Positions 15,074 through 23,641 of a stretch of 38,336 nt of DNA are shown one piece after another (the first letter of the stretch is position 1; each line of letters opens with the position of its first letter). The position numbers and the translations under genes were made by a program. The stretch is from IMG/VR virus record IMGVR_UViG_3300032319_000060, positions 1 to 38,336 of that record, one strand, 5' to 3'. Under the pieces are notes generated by a model. The model had not been told where the DNA came from. It saw nothing but the letters and a program-made list of their open reading frames with translations, and ran no database searches. This stretch comes from a virus (taxonomy: Duplodnaviria > Caudoviricetes).

Positions 15074-16090
15074 CTAGAAAGTAACTTGGTTGGCAGTATA
15101 TAAGCCGTTGTCTGATAGTATCTTGTTAGCTTTTGACAGCCTTTTAAGGTGGCGATAGAAGGTTGACTCAGATACTTCCAGCTTTTCCATGATGTGACGG
15201 CATAAATCTCCTGCCAGCCACTCCTTGCTGCCCATCTCTGTCAGGAACCTTTTATCGTCAACGGCCTTGTGCGCCCCTGGCTTCTTTAGCTTGTCAGGGT
15301 TAAGGCTGAAGTTCTGGCGGAATAGTGGATAGGCCCATTGGACTACAAAGGCATCCATTGGGCTGAAGTTCCGGAGCGTGACCTCACAGGTGAAAGTGCG
15401 CTCATCCTCTTCATGCGGCGTGAGTACCACTAGGCTGTCTGGATTGCGCGCGAACACCCCGCTACCGCTAAACCTATCAATTGACTCAGACCCACTCTTA
15501 TTACCCTTGCTGAAGTGATGTGACAGGATGATTGACAGATTGTGGCGTGTGGCTAGGTACTCAAACTCGTTCATCAGGCTTGACATGTCTCCGGCTGAGT
15601 TCTCATCCCGCTCGCCCATGAGCATGTAGTTTGGATCGAGGATGATGGCCTGGTACCCGCGCCCTTCAATCTGCTTCTCGATCATGGGGCGGATTAGGGT
15701 TAGATCGGCAGCATGCCCGCGCAGGGTCCAAACATCGAAGTCATCGACCTTCCCTTCCAATCCCTTCGCCTTGATGACATCCGCCAATCTGTTGCGGAAA
15801 CTCCATTCTTGAATTTCAAAATTAATAAACAGCACCCTAGCCTGGTGCGTCTGCTGTCCCCACCAAGGCACACCGGCATGTAACGAAAGGGCTAGGTCAA
15901 TCAGCGACCATGACTTGTAGGCCTTACTGCCTCCGCCCAGGAGCAACTTGCCACCTCGGTGCAGCATCCCATCAATTAAAACCTCCGGAGCAGGCATGTC
16001 CTCGCGCACCAACTCTGAGTATGATTTGATCGGCGGCCATTCATCCACCGGCTTTGGTTTCAATCCTAATGCAACTGCTGGCTCAATCAT
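15074..16090 (-). CDS. RepA/RecA-family (AAA_25) replicative helicase with C-terminal wHTH
   Basis: Walker A-like GGSKAYKS, VLFINFE, Walker B IILDP, DENS, SHHFSKG, FSGSG; HTH VSESTFYRHLKRL. True start likely 16090 (GGAGG SD, ATGA overlap). Confidence 0.88.
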   Translation of the reverse strand: MIEPAVALGLKPKPVDEWPPIKSYSELVREDMPAPEVLIDGMLHRGGKLLLGGGSKAYKSWSLIDLALSLHAGVPWWGQQTHQARVLFINFEIQEWSFRNRLADVIKAKGLEGKVDDFDVWTLRGHAADLTLIRPMIEKQIEGRGYQAIILDPNYMLMGERDENSAGDMSSLMNEFEYLATRHNLSIILSHHFSKGNKSGSESIDRFSGSGVFARNPDSLVVLTPHEEDERTFTCEVTLRNFSPMDAFVVQWAYPLFRQNFSLNPDKLKKPGAHKAVDDKRFLTEMGSKEWLAGDLCRHIMEKLEVSESTFYRHLKRLSKANKILSDNGLYTANQVTF

Positions 16091-17016
16091 TTCCCCTCCT
16101 TGCAGAACCATACAAGGCTCTGTGTTTTGTCTTCTCTTTTTGCCCCTGCCATCCTGACGGGCTGGCTTGGTTTGAATGTCGCAGGATCGCATCCGAGCGG
16201 AACAAGAAAAGCTTTTAATTGGTTTTCCCATTCCTGCTTAACCGGACTCTCGAACCATCCGTGTAAACTCTTTCCGGCTGTGTCAACGATGGCGTGCAAC
16301 TTCATCCGGAATAAGTCGCGCATAAGCTGGAACACCGCGCCCATCTCTGACTTCGTCAGAACATCCGACTCCACGACCAGGTACCGGCGCACATCCACGT
16401 TGTCATTAGCCCTGCTAATAGTTCCAGACTTGAATACTGCTCCGGTTGTAAACTGCCCCACCGGCTGCGTCAGTTTCATCCAATCCTCTACACGCTGAAA
16501 GTTCTTTGGATGGCTCCCACTATCCTTGACCGCGCCTACCCATACAATGTCATCGGGCTTAAACAGCGACAATATCCCGTGGTAATCATTAAACCCATCC
16601 AACCCTTGCGGGCTGCTCTCGTACATATCCGCTGGGTCCCAATTGTAATGGGTTAAGTACCTAGACTTGTTCGACTCGGCAATCGTTCCGATCCGGTCAA
16701 TGATCTCAGTCTCGGCATCCTTCTGGACTGCCAATGTCCTAGCCCCCCCTGTCACTCCAGACATGATGTTGATCGGCCTATACAACGGATCATCCAAAAT
16801 TAACTTACGAAGTTGCTTGTTGACCAAATCCCTGTGCGCAACGCATGAGGTATGCCAGCAAAAGACTGTGGGAACGCTGTCGATGAAGACTGTGGTATCT
16901 CTTACCCTGGTATGGCTTGTGTGGGTATGTTCCCCTGGACACTTGCACAGCCCGTGGTTCTCGGACTGCCAATCCACGGCACCTACAATTGATTCTGCTT
17001 TAGATTGCGCGTTCAT
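16087..17016 (-). CDS. Zn-finger plus AEP/RepB-like DNA primase
   Basis: CKCPGEHTH...FCWHTSC zinc-binding domain; YLVVESD, DTAGKSLHGWF and PVRMAG catalytic motifs; coupled to the helicase. Confidence 0.8.
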   Translation of the reverse strand: MNAQSKAESIVGAVDWQSENHGLCKCPGEHTHTSHTRVRDTTVFIDSVPTVFCWHTSCVAHRDLVNKQLRKLILDDPLYRPINIMSGVTGGARTLAVQKDAETEIIDRIGTIAESNKSRYLTHYNWDPADMYESSPQGLDGFNDYHGILSLFKPDDIVWVGAVKDSGSHPKNFQRVEDWMKLTQPVGQFTTGAVFKSGTISRANDNVDVRRYLVVESDVLTKSEMGAVFQLMRDLFRMKLHAIVDTAGKSLHGWFESPVKQEWENQLKAFLVPLGCDPATFKPSQPVRMAGAKREDKTQSLVWFCKEGK

Positions 17017-17765
17017 CCGTCATAACACCCACAAGGCACTTCGTCTGGCAGGTCCTCAAATAATTTCATTTGGCTTGCATCTGATCTGATTAAGTCTTCC
17101 CACTTCCAGTTGCGACCAAGACCAACAACAGTTTTAAGGTGAGCATTGTTTTCCATCGCTATCGCTCTTTCTGCCAGAGCAGGGTGGTTCTTTGCAAGAT
17201 CAAGCACTTCATGTTTCTTCATGGCTGGGCAAAAAAAGCAAGATGACTTGGCTGGTTTGAATCCAGCCTCTTCCACAACCTCAACGCATTTCTTCCTGCC
17301 CCAACCCCAACGAACCAGCGGGTATTCATAGATGTACTTCTTGTCCTCTGGTATCTTTCCTCGATGATGTTCGCCAGCATCATATCCAATCAGCTTCAAA
17401 CATTTACCGCCAGCATTCCAACAATCCTTGGCTGGCTTCCAGTTGTTGACGAACTTATCTTGTGGCTGGATCTTATATTTCTGCGAGCAACCTTTAAATC
17501 CGTAGGCCAGACTTGGCAGCATATTCTGGCGCAAGCAATTCTCTTCTAGCGTTTCCTTTGCATACTTAACTGTAATTACCTCTGGCATATTGTGCTTTAC
17601 CAACCAATCAGAAAATATCTTTACGAACTCGTAGGTTTGCGGAAGTTCTCCACCAGTATCGGCAAACAGAATGAGGTCTGGAATAACCCCACGCTTTTGC
17701 ATTTCAATTAGCATTGCTGCTGAGTTTGTGCCGCCCCCAAATGATATTATTAATGGTGTTGTCAT
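17013..17765 (-). CDS. PAPS-reductase-family (adenine nucleotide alpha-hydrolase) protein
   Basis: PP-loop IISFGGGTNS, ADTGGE, C..KYKI.P, YPL and KSSCFFCP motifs, plus terminal CGC; likely start MTTPL at 17765. Confidence 0.85.
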   Translation of the reverse strand: MTTPLIISFGGGTNSAAMLIEMQKRGVIPDLILFADTGGELPQTYEFVKIFSDWLVKHNMPEVITVKYAKETLEENCLRQNMLPSLAYGFKGCSQKYKIQPQDKFVNNWKPAKDCWNAGGKCLKLIGYDAGEHHRGKIPEDKKYIYEYPLVRWGWGRKKCVEVVEEAGFKPAKSSCFFCPAMKKHEVLDLAKNHPALAERAIAMENNAHLKTVVGLGRNWKWEDLIRSDASQMKLFEDLPDEVPCGCYDG

Positions 17766-17769
17766 ATAA

Positions 17770-17855
17770 AAAACATCCGGCTTTGTTTCAAGTGGCGACA
17801 CACATGGAGGCTCCAGTCGCAGGATCTCCCTGCGCACCATTCGCCGGATTGTTTT
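17770..17855 (-). ncRNA. Candidate structured cis-regulatory RNA
   Basis: Nested stems AUCCGGC/GCCGGAU, UGGUG/CGCCA, CGCAGG/CCUGCG and UGGA/UCCA, ending a few nt before the PAPS-reductase ATG. Confidence 0.45.
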
Positions 17856-18570
17856 CTAGTTTATGAAGTGATTCATAAAGTTTTGTGAGTCGGCTATAGT
17901 TGCACCTTGTGAACCGCTTGTCATCATCAAACATTGTGTCCCATTCTTTTTCATCAAGATCGGTCCCATATCTTTCAATTGTTTCAATAGATTTAGAATC
18001 TATTTTATATCTAAAATATCTATAAAAATTGCGTAATTGATGATCTGAAATCTGCTCCTTCAGCCTCGATACCTCAAGCATCTTCTCTGTATTAAGCAAT
18101 TTCTTTTCAAGTTCTGTGATCTTGTATGCAAGCCTCCTTGCGTTCCCATGCTTATCTCCACCAATAGTTCGATTGCATTTACTAAGGTAGAACCATTTAT
18201 TGTGATACTTGTCACCAACCCTAACCCCCGTCTTGCGTTTGGCGGATGCCTCTACTGCCGGAATAATCCAATACTCATTCAATGGTATTGATACGCATAC
18301 GATAAAATCAACCTCCCTTGGGTCATAACTAGCTCGGCTAGTTGAGCATTTATGAACAAGCTTGGAAGTGTGGAATGATGAATATCCGGCAGAATATTTC
18401 TGCACAGTTGCCTTAACCTGGATTCTGTTGATTGACCTATGATCCCATGCGATCAGATCAACCCCGCAATCCACATCTGGTTCGGCTACGTCAAATCCTT
18501 TAAGCAGAAGTTCTGCCTTAACCTTCATCACGCCAGCCGCACCAATCTTTCGATTGGCGTTCTTATCCAT
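17788..18570 (-). CDS. PD-(D/E)XK endonuclease (I-Ssp6803I/PDDEXK_5-like) with C-terminal extension
   Basis: KIGAAG...LLLKGFDVAEP...VDLI...RIQVKA and Y...EVDFIVCV...YWIIP motifs; likely start 18570; AT-rich. Confidence 0.75.
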   Translation of the reverse strand: MDKNANRKIGAAGVMKVKAELLLKGFDVAEPDVDCGVDLIAWDHRSINRIQVKATVQKYSAGYSSFHTSKLVHKCSTSRASYDPREVDFIVCVSIPLNEYWIIPAVEASAKRKTGVRVGDKYHNKWFYLSKCNRTIGGDKHGNARRLAYKITELEKKLLNTEKMLEVSRLKEQISDHQLRNFYRYFRYKIDSKSIETIERYGTDLDEKEWDTMFDDDKRFTRCNYSRLTKLYESLHKLENNPANGAQGDPATGASMCVAT

Positions 18571-18571
18571 T

Positions 18572-19672
18572 TTACTGAAACTCCACAGCCTTCTTCGATG
18601 CAACAACAATATCCTCCGCAGTAATGTTGCGGAGCGCATTGCACCACATCTGAGTCTTGGCTGTCTTGTTTGTCGCATCCTTACACTTGGCTTGGGGCAA
18701 TCCTGCATGCGGCCTGCATGGGGCATGAGGACATACTTCCGGCTTAAACACCGACACGTTGAGCGGGTAGTAGGTCATACGATCCGCAGGGTCATAGCTA
18801 CCCCACAACGACACGCACGGCGTATTGAGTCCAGCAGCGATGTGGTTTACAGAACTATCCGGTGCCACCACAAAGTCTGCGTTGGCTACCACAGGGAACA
18901 GCGAGCGGATCGCCTTGGTCGTATTGAACAAGTCAATCACTCTTGGATGATCGACATGGAAATTGTTGCTATTGTCCAACCCAATAATCACAGCGTGATG
19001 TTCGGGGAAAGCTTCCAGCAATGCCAAGACTGCATCCTGCCCCATCTTTGGCGGGTAGGTGCGAGTAGGTCCAGACGATGAAACGTGGTAGGCAAAATAC
19101 TTCTCCGGTAAAGGCCATTTACCCAACGCCTTGATCTCTTCGTGATCTGGTTCGATTAGGTGAAGCATTGGCTTGCAATACTTCGCCATCGTCTTCTCAT
19201 CCCACACGCCCATCCATTCGTAGATCCGCTTGTAACAATTGCCAGGACCGGTTCCGAGTTTGGTTTCGCCAACCTGACCGCTGAACAAATCATCGGTTGG
19301 CAAATGACTATCGTATGAATCCCATGCCTCTAGGGTGCATGGCAGAGGGTAAAGTTTCGCACCTAGTCCGGCGTAGAGTGGAAGGTTCCTAGCCGGTGCG
19401 TAAACATCGACTATCCCGCCAGACTCCTGCACCAAGTAGTTTACAAATGCCGTTGCGATCACCGCATCCCCAATCGCTCCAGCCCGATACACGGCTGTCG
19501 CTCCGCCAGTTGATCTGCCCTTGTAGTAAGGCTTAATTTTGTGTGGGCATGGAATTGAATCCGCCCATATCCCTCCGGTCAATTCGTCTGGAATGACGTA
19601 GGTATTGCGAACATGAAGAAGGTTGTCATCCACCTTGTGGATTGCATTGGTTTGATTGGTCCATAGTTTCAT
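18572..19672 (-). CDS. Glycosyltransferase family 9 (heptosyltransferase-like, GT-B fold)
   Basis: RAGAIGDAV, RTYP and ADFVVAPDSSVNHIAAGLNTPCVSLWG motifs; C-terminal Cys cluster. Confidence 0.88.
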   Translation of the reverse strand: MKLWTNQTNAIHKVDDNLLHVRNTYVIPDELTGGIWADSIPCPHKIKPYYKGRSTGGATAVYRAGAIGDAVIATAFVNYLVQESGGIVDVYAPARNLPLYAGLGAKLYPLPCTLEAWDSYDSHLPTDDLFSGQVGETKLGTGPGNCYKRIYEWMGVWDEKTMAKYCKPMLHLIEPDHEEIKALGKWPLPEKYFAYHVSSSGPTRTYPPKMGQDAVLALLEAFPEHHAVIIGLDNSNNFHVDHPRVIDLFNTTKAIRSLFPVVANADFVVAPDSSVNHIAAGLNTPCVSLWGSYDPADRMTYYPLNVSVFKPEVCPHAPCRPHAGLPQAKCKDATNKTAKTQMWCNALRNITAEDIVVASKKAVEFQ

Positions 19673-21153
19673 TGGTTTGCCTTTCTATTTACTTTTTCTA
19701 CTGCGTCAATCCTTTTCCCAATCCATGCCATGCACGGCACGGCCATAGAATTGCCCAGTGCCTTGTATCGTGGCCCATCTGGGCATTGATCCGCTGGCTT
19801 GTTACGCCATGAGATCAGCGTGTGATCGTCTGGAAAGCCTTGGAGTCGTTCACATTCTCTAGGAGAGAGCCTGCGTACCGCCATTGAGCTTTGAGAAATC
19901 ACATTGCTTGGTCTGCTTGGCCTATTCTCACCCTCTGCTCTGAGCGTTCCAGCCTTACTGTCCTCCATCCAATAGCCTTGACCAGACTCACGCATAGCAA
20001 TTGCCACCTGATTATCCCCCATCTCCTTCCGCAATGTCGGAGATAGTTCCTTAACAAATCTGCTTTCGCTGCCTTCTCTCGTTGCGATACCAGGTTCAAA
20101 TGCAATCGCCTCCTGTACTAACGCTGCTGGCGCACCATGCCCACCAGCCGTCCTCAACGGACAATGCACATCACCAGTTAAGGCTTGATTGTATAGGTCA
20201 ACACCCTCCTGCACTAAAGGAACATTCCCCCCACCAGTTCCATATCGTGATACGCAACTAGGTGCGATATCGTGCGGGCCAGTTACTCGGCTGTCGTTTG
20301 GGTGGTTTTCAAATAAGACAGCATGCGGACCTCTTGCGACCAAAGAATCCATAGTCTCACCATGCTCAATCCTTGGTTTGTATTGTGCGTTCTCGCCTTG
20401 GTTGAATGCTGCACGATCAATGATTACTGGTTCAGTCCTAACAGCCATAATCCTTCCGCTGTAAGCATCTTGTCCGTTAAGTCCTCCACCCATGTGTGCG
20501 CCATCGCTTAAACATCCAACTACTTCTCGTTCTGGCAGACTAACCCCAACGCCTGCTTCAACATTGGTGGCAACTCCTTGCCCCGCTTCTCGGCTCGGCG
20601 CAGGATTCCGGCGCACGCTTTCGGACTCAAATAAAACCTTTGCGGCAAGGTCCCCTTTTCCAAGATGTGCGACAACGAACACACGTCTGCGTCTTTGGGC
20701 CACTCCGAACCATTGAGCGTCCAAGACTCGGTATGCCCACTCATACCCCAGCTCCCCCAACGCTCCGAGGAAGGAACCAAAATCTTTTCCTCCGTTAGAT
20801 GACAAGACACCGGGGACATTTTCCCACACAAGCCATCTAGGTTTGAGACGTTCAGCGATTGCAAGATAGGTAAGCATGAGGTTACCTCTTGGGTCTTTGA
20901 GTCCTTGTCGCAATCCTGCAACGCTGAAGGATTGGCAGGGCGTGCCTCCGACCAGAAGGTCAACTGATCCGCTTTGTATTGTCCATTGTTCATGTTTGCT
21001 CATGTCTCCTAAGTTTGGAACCTCCGGCCAATGATGCTTCAGCACCGCTGACGGGAATGGTTCAATTTCTGAAAACGCTACTGGCTCCCATCCAATCGGC
21101 TCCCAAGCCTTGGACGCTGCCTCAATGCCAGAGCATACTGATAAGTATTTCAT
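19669..21153 (-). CDS. dcm: DNA (cytosine-5)-methyltransferase with a long multi-repeat variable region
   Basis: Motif I SVCSGI, motif IV GGTPCQSFS, motif VI WENVPG, motif VIII QRRRRVF, motif IX RRLSPRECERLQGFPD and motif X ALGNSM; start 21153 (GGAGGAG SD). Confidence 0.93.
   Translation of the reverse strand: MKYLSVCSGIEAASKAWEPIGWEPVAFSEIEPFPSAVLKHHWPEVPNLGDMSKHEQWTIQSGSVDLLVGGTPCQSFSVAGLRQGLKDPRGNLMLTYLAIAERLKPRWLVWENVPGVLSSNGGKDFGSFLGALGELGYEWAYRVLDAQWFGVAQRRRRVFVVAHLGKGDLAAKVLFESESVRRNPAPSREAGQGVATNVEAGVGVSLPEREVVGCLSDGAHMGGGLNGQDAYSGRIMAVRTEPVIIDRAAFNQGENAQYKPRIEHGETMDSLVARGPHAVLFENHPNDSRVTGPHDIAPSCVSRYGTGGGNVPLVQEGVDLYNQALTGDVHCPLRTAGGHGAPAALVQEAIAFEPGIATREGSESRFVKELSPTLRKEMGDNQVAIAMRESGQGYWMEDSKAGTLRAEGENRPSRPSNVISQSSMAVRRLSPRECERLQGFPDDHTLISWRNKPADQCPDGPRYKALGNSMAVPCMAWIGKRIDAVEKVNRKANQ
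20520..20993 (-). CDS. Nested alternative-frame methyltransferase beta-like polypeptide
   Basis: Open 157-codon frame inside dcm on the same strand, containing SLSHILE...PQRFYLSPKACAGILRRAEKRGKELP, which resembles the M.EcoHK31I beta polypeptide; alternative start 20819. Confidence 0.65.
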   Translation of the reverse strand: MNNGQYKADQLTFWSEARPANPSALQDCDKDSKTQEVTSCLPILQSLNVSNLDGLCGKMSPVSCHLTEEKILVPSSERWGSWGMSGHTESWTLNGSEWPKDADVCSLSHILEKGTLPQRFYLSPKACAGILRRAEKRGKELPPMLKQALGLVCQNEK

Positions 21154-21329
21154 TTCTCCTCCGCTATTTCCTTGCAAACCAAAGCCGCTGCATCGACCAG
21201 GGCAATGATCTGGATAATGTCAATCGCATGTCCGTGGTTCGCGCGATCCCTCTCAATAGCCAGCCTATTGCGAGCATTGAGAAGGATATCGCACGCCCAC
21301 TTGAGGCGGTCTTTTGCCTCTACTTCCAT
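21150..21329 (-). CDS. Hypothetical protein (59 aa)
   Basis: Hand translation MEVEAKDRLKWACDILLNARNRLAIERDRANHGHAIDIIQIIALVDAAALVCKEIAEEK; TAATG and ATGA overlaps. Confidence 0.65.
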   Translation of the reverse strand: MEVEAKDRLKWACDILLNARNRLAIERDRANHGHAIDIIQIIALVDAAALVCKEIAEEK

Positions 21330-21511
21330 TACATTCCGGACCGCATGCGGAACTTGCGAGGTGACTTGTTGCTCTTGCCAGCAGCCGACAGCGCAATGGC
21401 AATCATCTGCTTGCGGGAACGAGCCTTGCCGCCTGCTCCACGCTCCTTGCCCTTCTTTCGGTTATCTGCTGCAAGTTCGCTCATGTTCTTCGATACGTCT
21501 TTACCTAGCAT
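21329..21511 (-). CDS. Small basic protein
   Basis: KQMIAIALSAAGKS motif common in small basic phage proteins; AAGGAG SD. Confidence 0.7.
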   Translation of the reverse strand: MLGKDVSKNMSELAADNRKKGKERGAGGKARSRKQMIAIALSAAGKSNKSPRKFRMRSGM

Positions 21512-21523
21512 ATTCAGTTCTCC

Positions 21524-21742
21524 TTATATGTTGTAATAGGGATTCGGCACCTCTGGTGCTTTTACCCCGAAGCTTGGATTCTCACATCTGCGACAATCAC
21601 GAATGTCAAAGTCAAGTATCTCGCCAGAATTAAGCATGACTGTGAATATCTTGTTATGATCCATTCCATAGTCGGTAACAATGAATGCCAGTCCCTCGCC
21701 TTTGGGTGTCATCATCCATAGTTCTGGATTGAGTTGGATCAT
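21524..21742 (-). CDS. Hypothetical protein
   Basis: Likely start MIQLNPEL at 21742 (ATGA overlap); TPKGEG..F..DYG motif. Confidence 0.65.
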   Translation of the reverse strand: MIQLNPELWMMTPKGEGLAFIVTDYGMDHNKIFTVMLNSGEILDFDIRDCRRCENPSFGVKAPEVPNPYYNI

Positions 21743-22305
21743 CTCCATGCCGGTCCTGTAAACCATCCAACCAGCACCCACCTTGTACCCCATATCGGCG
21801 CGCGGGCGCGATGCTCTAGGTAAGATGGGAACCAGCATCCGACTCCCTGTTCTCGAATAAACTGAGCATTCTCAATATCAGCCTTAACCTGTAGCCCACC
21901 GCCAAGATATTCGCTTGGGTCGGAAAGGTTGACTACCGCTGTAAGCTTTCTGTCGCTTCCGTTGAAAGTATCGAAGTGCCACCAGAACTGCTGGAGTGGC
22001 GAGTATTTCAGAATCTGCAACTGTTGCATTCCGGTAATGTCAAATCTCCAGTTATCCTGGTTGATTGATTTTGTAAGCTCGGCCATCACGCTGTAAATCC
22101 ATTTATGATGCTGGCTGTTTGGAACCCAACACGAGGTGCAAGTTCTAGCAAGCGATACCTTGTGCGTGCCATCCTTCTTCATCACGGTTGACCGCTTCAT
22201 CCCAATGATCTGCGCGTCCTCACGCAGCATCATGCATTGTGCAGGAGTGAGAACGTATCGGTCAACGCTCGCACCTAGAACTTTCTGAATGTATTTATCT
22301 GCCAT
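21739..22305 (-). CDS. 2OG-Fe(II) oxygenase (prolyl-4-hydroxylase/PKHD-like)
   Basis: HxD (WHFD), RKLTAVVNLS...YLGG, distal His (FPSYLEH) and 2OG-binding Arg (GTRWVLVGW). Confidence 0.88.
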   Translation of the reverse strand: MADKYIQKVLGASVDRYVLTPAQCMMLREDAQIIGMKRSTVMKKDGTHKVSLARTCTSCWVPNSQHHKWIYSVMAELTKSINQDNWRFDITGMQQLQILKYSPLQQFWWHFDTFNGSDRKLTAVVNLSDPSEYLGGGLQVKADIENAQFIREQGVGCWFPSYLEHRARAPIWGTRWVLVGWFTGPAWR

Positions 22306-22444
22306 TGTCGATCTCCCTTTTTATCCAGCAAAACAATGCATAAACACCAAACAACAGGAATGCGAGTAAAGATGCCAGGAATGACATGTAAAGCACAACC
22401 CAACACGCTACCCATGCAAAATCTGCTATTGCCGTAAGCATCAT
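22295..22444 (-). CDS. Small membrane protein (49 aa)
   Basis: Hand translation MMLTAIADFAWVACWVVLYMSFLASLLAFLLFGVYALFCWIKREIDNGR; fills the gap with overlaps. Confidence 0.6.
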   Translation of the reverse strand: MMLTAIADFAWVACWVVLYMSFLASLLAFLLFGVYALFCWIKREIDNGR

Positions 22445-22755
22445 TTTGTAGCCTTGAAGACTCGCCTAATTAGAGTCTTGTTGTCAATAGGAACTCCGGA
22501 GGCTCGGCACCAGAATCCGACTGCACCGATCTTAAAGTCTCGGATTAGCTTCTGGATCTGGTGAACATTCTTGTATTCCTCGCAATCACCAAGAAAGAAT
22601 CTCTTGCCCATGTTCCGGCGAAGGATCTTCATTCCATCAATCACTCCTCGACGTTGCAGTAACCTGACATCATCAATCGCTCGCTTGGCAACCTCTCCAG
22701 CCAATTGTTGTAGCTTCTCATCGTAATCCCCCTTGGTAAGATGGGTCGAGCGCAT
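22441..22755 (-). CDS. Hypothetical protein
   Basis: 104 aa, translationally coupled at both ends. Confidence 0.7.
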   Translation of the reverse strand: MRSTHLTKGDYDEKLQQLAGEVAKRAIDDVRLLQRRGVIDGMKILRRNMGKRFFLGDCEEYKNVHQIQKLIRDFKIGAVGFWCRASGVPIDNKTLIRRVFKATK

Positions 22756-22979
22756 CAGTATCTTCTCTTGGTTTTCTTCTTATGTTGCTCAACCCACTTG
22801 GCGTACTCGTTCCATAAGAAGGCTGCATCCTGTGCCTCTTGCTTGGTTTCAAATATGTCTGTGAGCGGTGGCAGGCCATTTGCCGGTACAGCCCCCCATA
22901 GTCGCGGGCCAATCGTGTATCCGGCTGTAGTATGAATGCGCCACTTGCCACACTCGGCAACTACCTTAACCGTGGTCAT
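22755..22979 (-). CDS. Hypothetical protein
   Basis: 74 aa, ATGA overlap with the glycosyltransferase gene. Confidence 0.65.
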   Translation of the reverse strand: MTTVKVVAECGKWRIHTTAGYTIGPRLWGAVPANGLPPLTDIFETKQEAQDAAFLWNEYAKWVEQHKKKTKRRY

Positions 22980-23641
22980 CGACCAAGTTCCACAAGCTTG
23001 GCATCGTCAGACTTAATCTGCTCAATCAATTTAGGCATGTCTCCGGACTGCCCAGCGTAATGAATGCAGTACGCATCCTTGTAGCGATCAAGCCCAAAGT
23101 GCGACTCAACGCTGGTCATACAATTGTATGCAGGATCAAGTTCTTGTACCGGAACATTCCACAGGTGGACCATAATGTTCATCCAGGTCTGCTCGGCAAA
23201 ATGGTTTGGCAACAGTCCTAGCGGAGGCATCGACAAGACACCAACAGCCTTGGATGAGATCACAAACACGCCTGTATTGACGTAAAACCTAGGATCAATC
23301 TGCGCACCGAATGCGCTTGCCAGCTTTCCCATCTCATACTTGCGATCCAAGAACGCACCCTCATCAAAGGCACAGAACATGTTTACTTCAGCACCTATGT
23401 CATCGCAGTCGTTTGCAATCAGAATATCCGAGTCAACAAACGTGATTTGCTCATATCCCTTTGTGGCCATGATATTCCCGATAGCCGACTTGCTATACTG
23501 CACCGGCTCGACCAATGGTTTCTCAAGCGCAAGGAAGTCAATCTTATGCCTCTGGCAGTAAGCTTCCATCCTTGGCCTTGTAAGATCCAAGACCTTCTTC
23601 CAATCATCCCCGAATGCCTGCGTAACTAATGCGCGCTTCAT
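22976..23641 (-). CDS. GT-A fold glycosyltransferase (GT8/GT34-like)
   Basis: DxD (FVDSDIL), YVNTGVFVI, EQTWMN, YN and IHYAG motifs. Confidence 0.85.
   Translation of the reverse strand: MKRALVTQAFGDDWKKVLDLTRPRMEAYCQRHKIDFLALEKPLVEPVQYSKSAIGNIMATKGYEQITFVDSDILIANDCDDIGAEVNMFCAFDEGAFLDRKYEMGKLASAFGAQIDPRFYVNTGVFVISSKAVGVLSMPPLGLLPNHFAEQTWMNIMVHLWNVPVQELDPAYNCMTSVESHFGLDRYKDAYCIHYAGQSGDMPKLIEQIKSDDAKLVELGR

Noticed and set aside
17770-17855. HDV-like ribozyme or tRNA
   Set aside because: GGCGAAUGG and AGCCUCC recall HDV segments but occur in the wrong order without the required P2/P3 pairings; no T-loop or anticodon arm for a tRNA.
18571-18726. N-terminal extensions given by the ORF track (also 16091-16231, 17766-17840, 21154-21177, 21743-21838, 24114-24155)
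   Set aside because: They overlap upstream genes; downstream starts with Shine-Dalgarno sequences or stop-start coupling are more plausible.
21739-22305. TET/JBP 5-methylcytosine dioxygenase
   Set aside because: Motif spacing (RKL...LS...Y.GG.L, FPS...H, G.R..LV.W) fits prolyl-hydroxylase/PKHD-type enzymes; DNA activity is kept only as a hypothesis.
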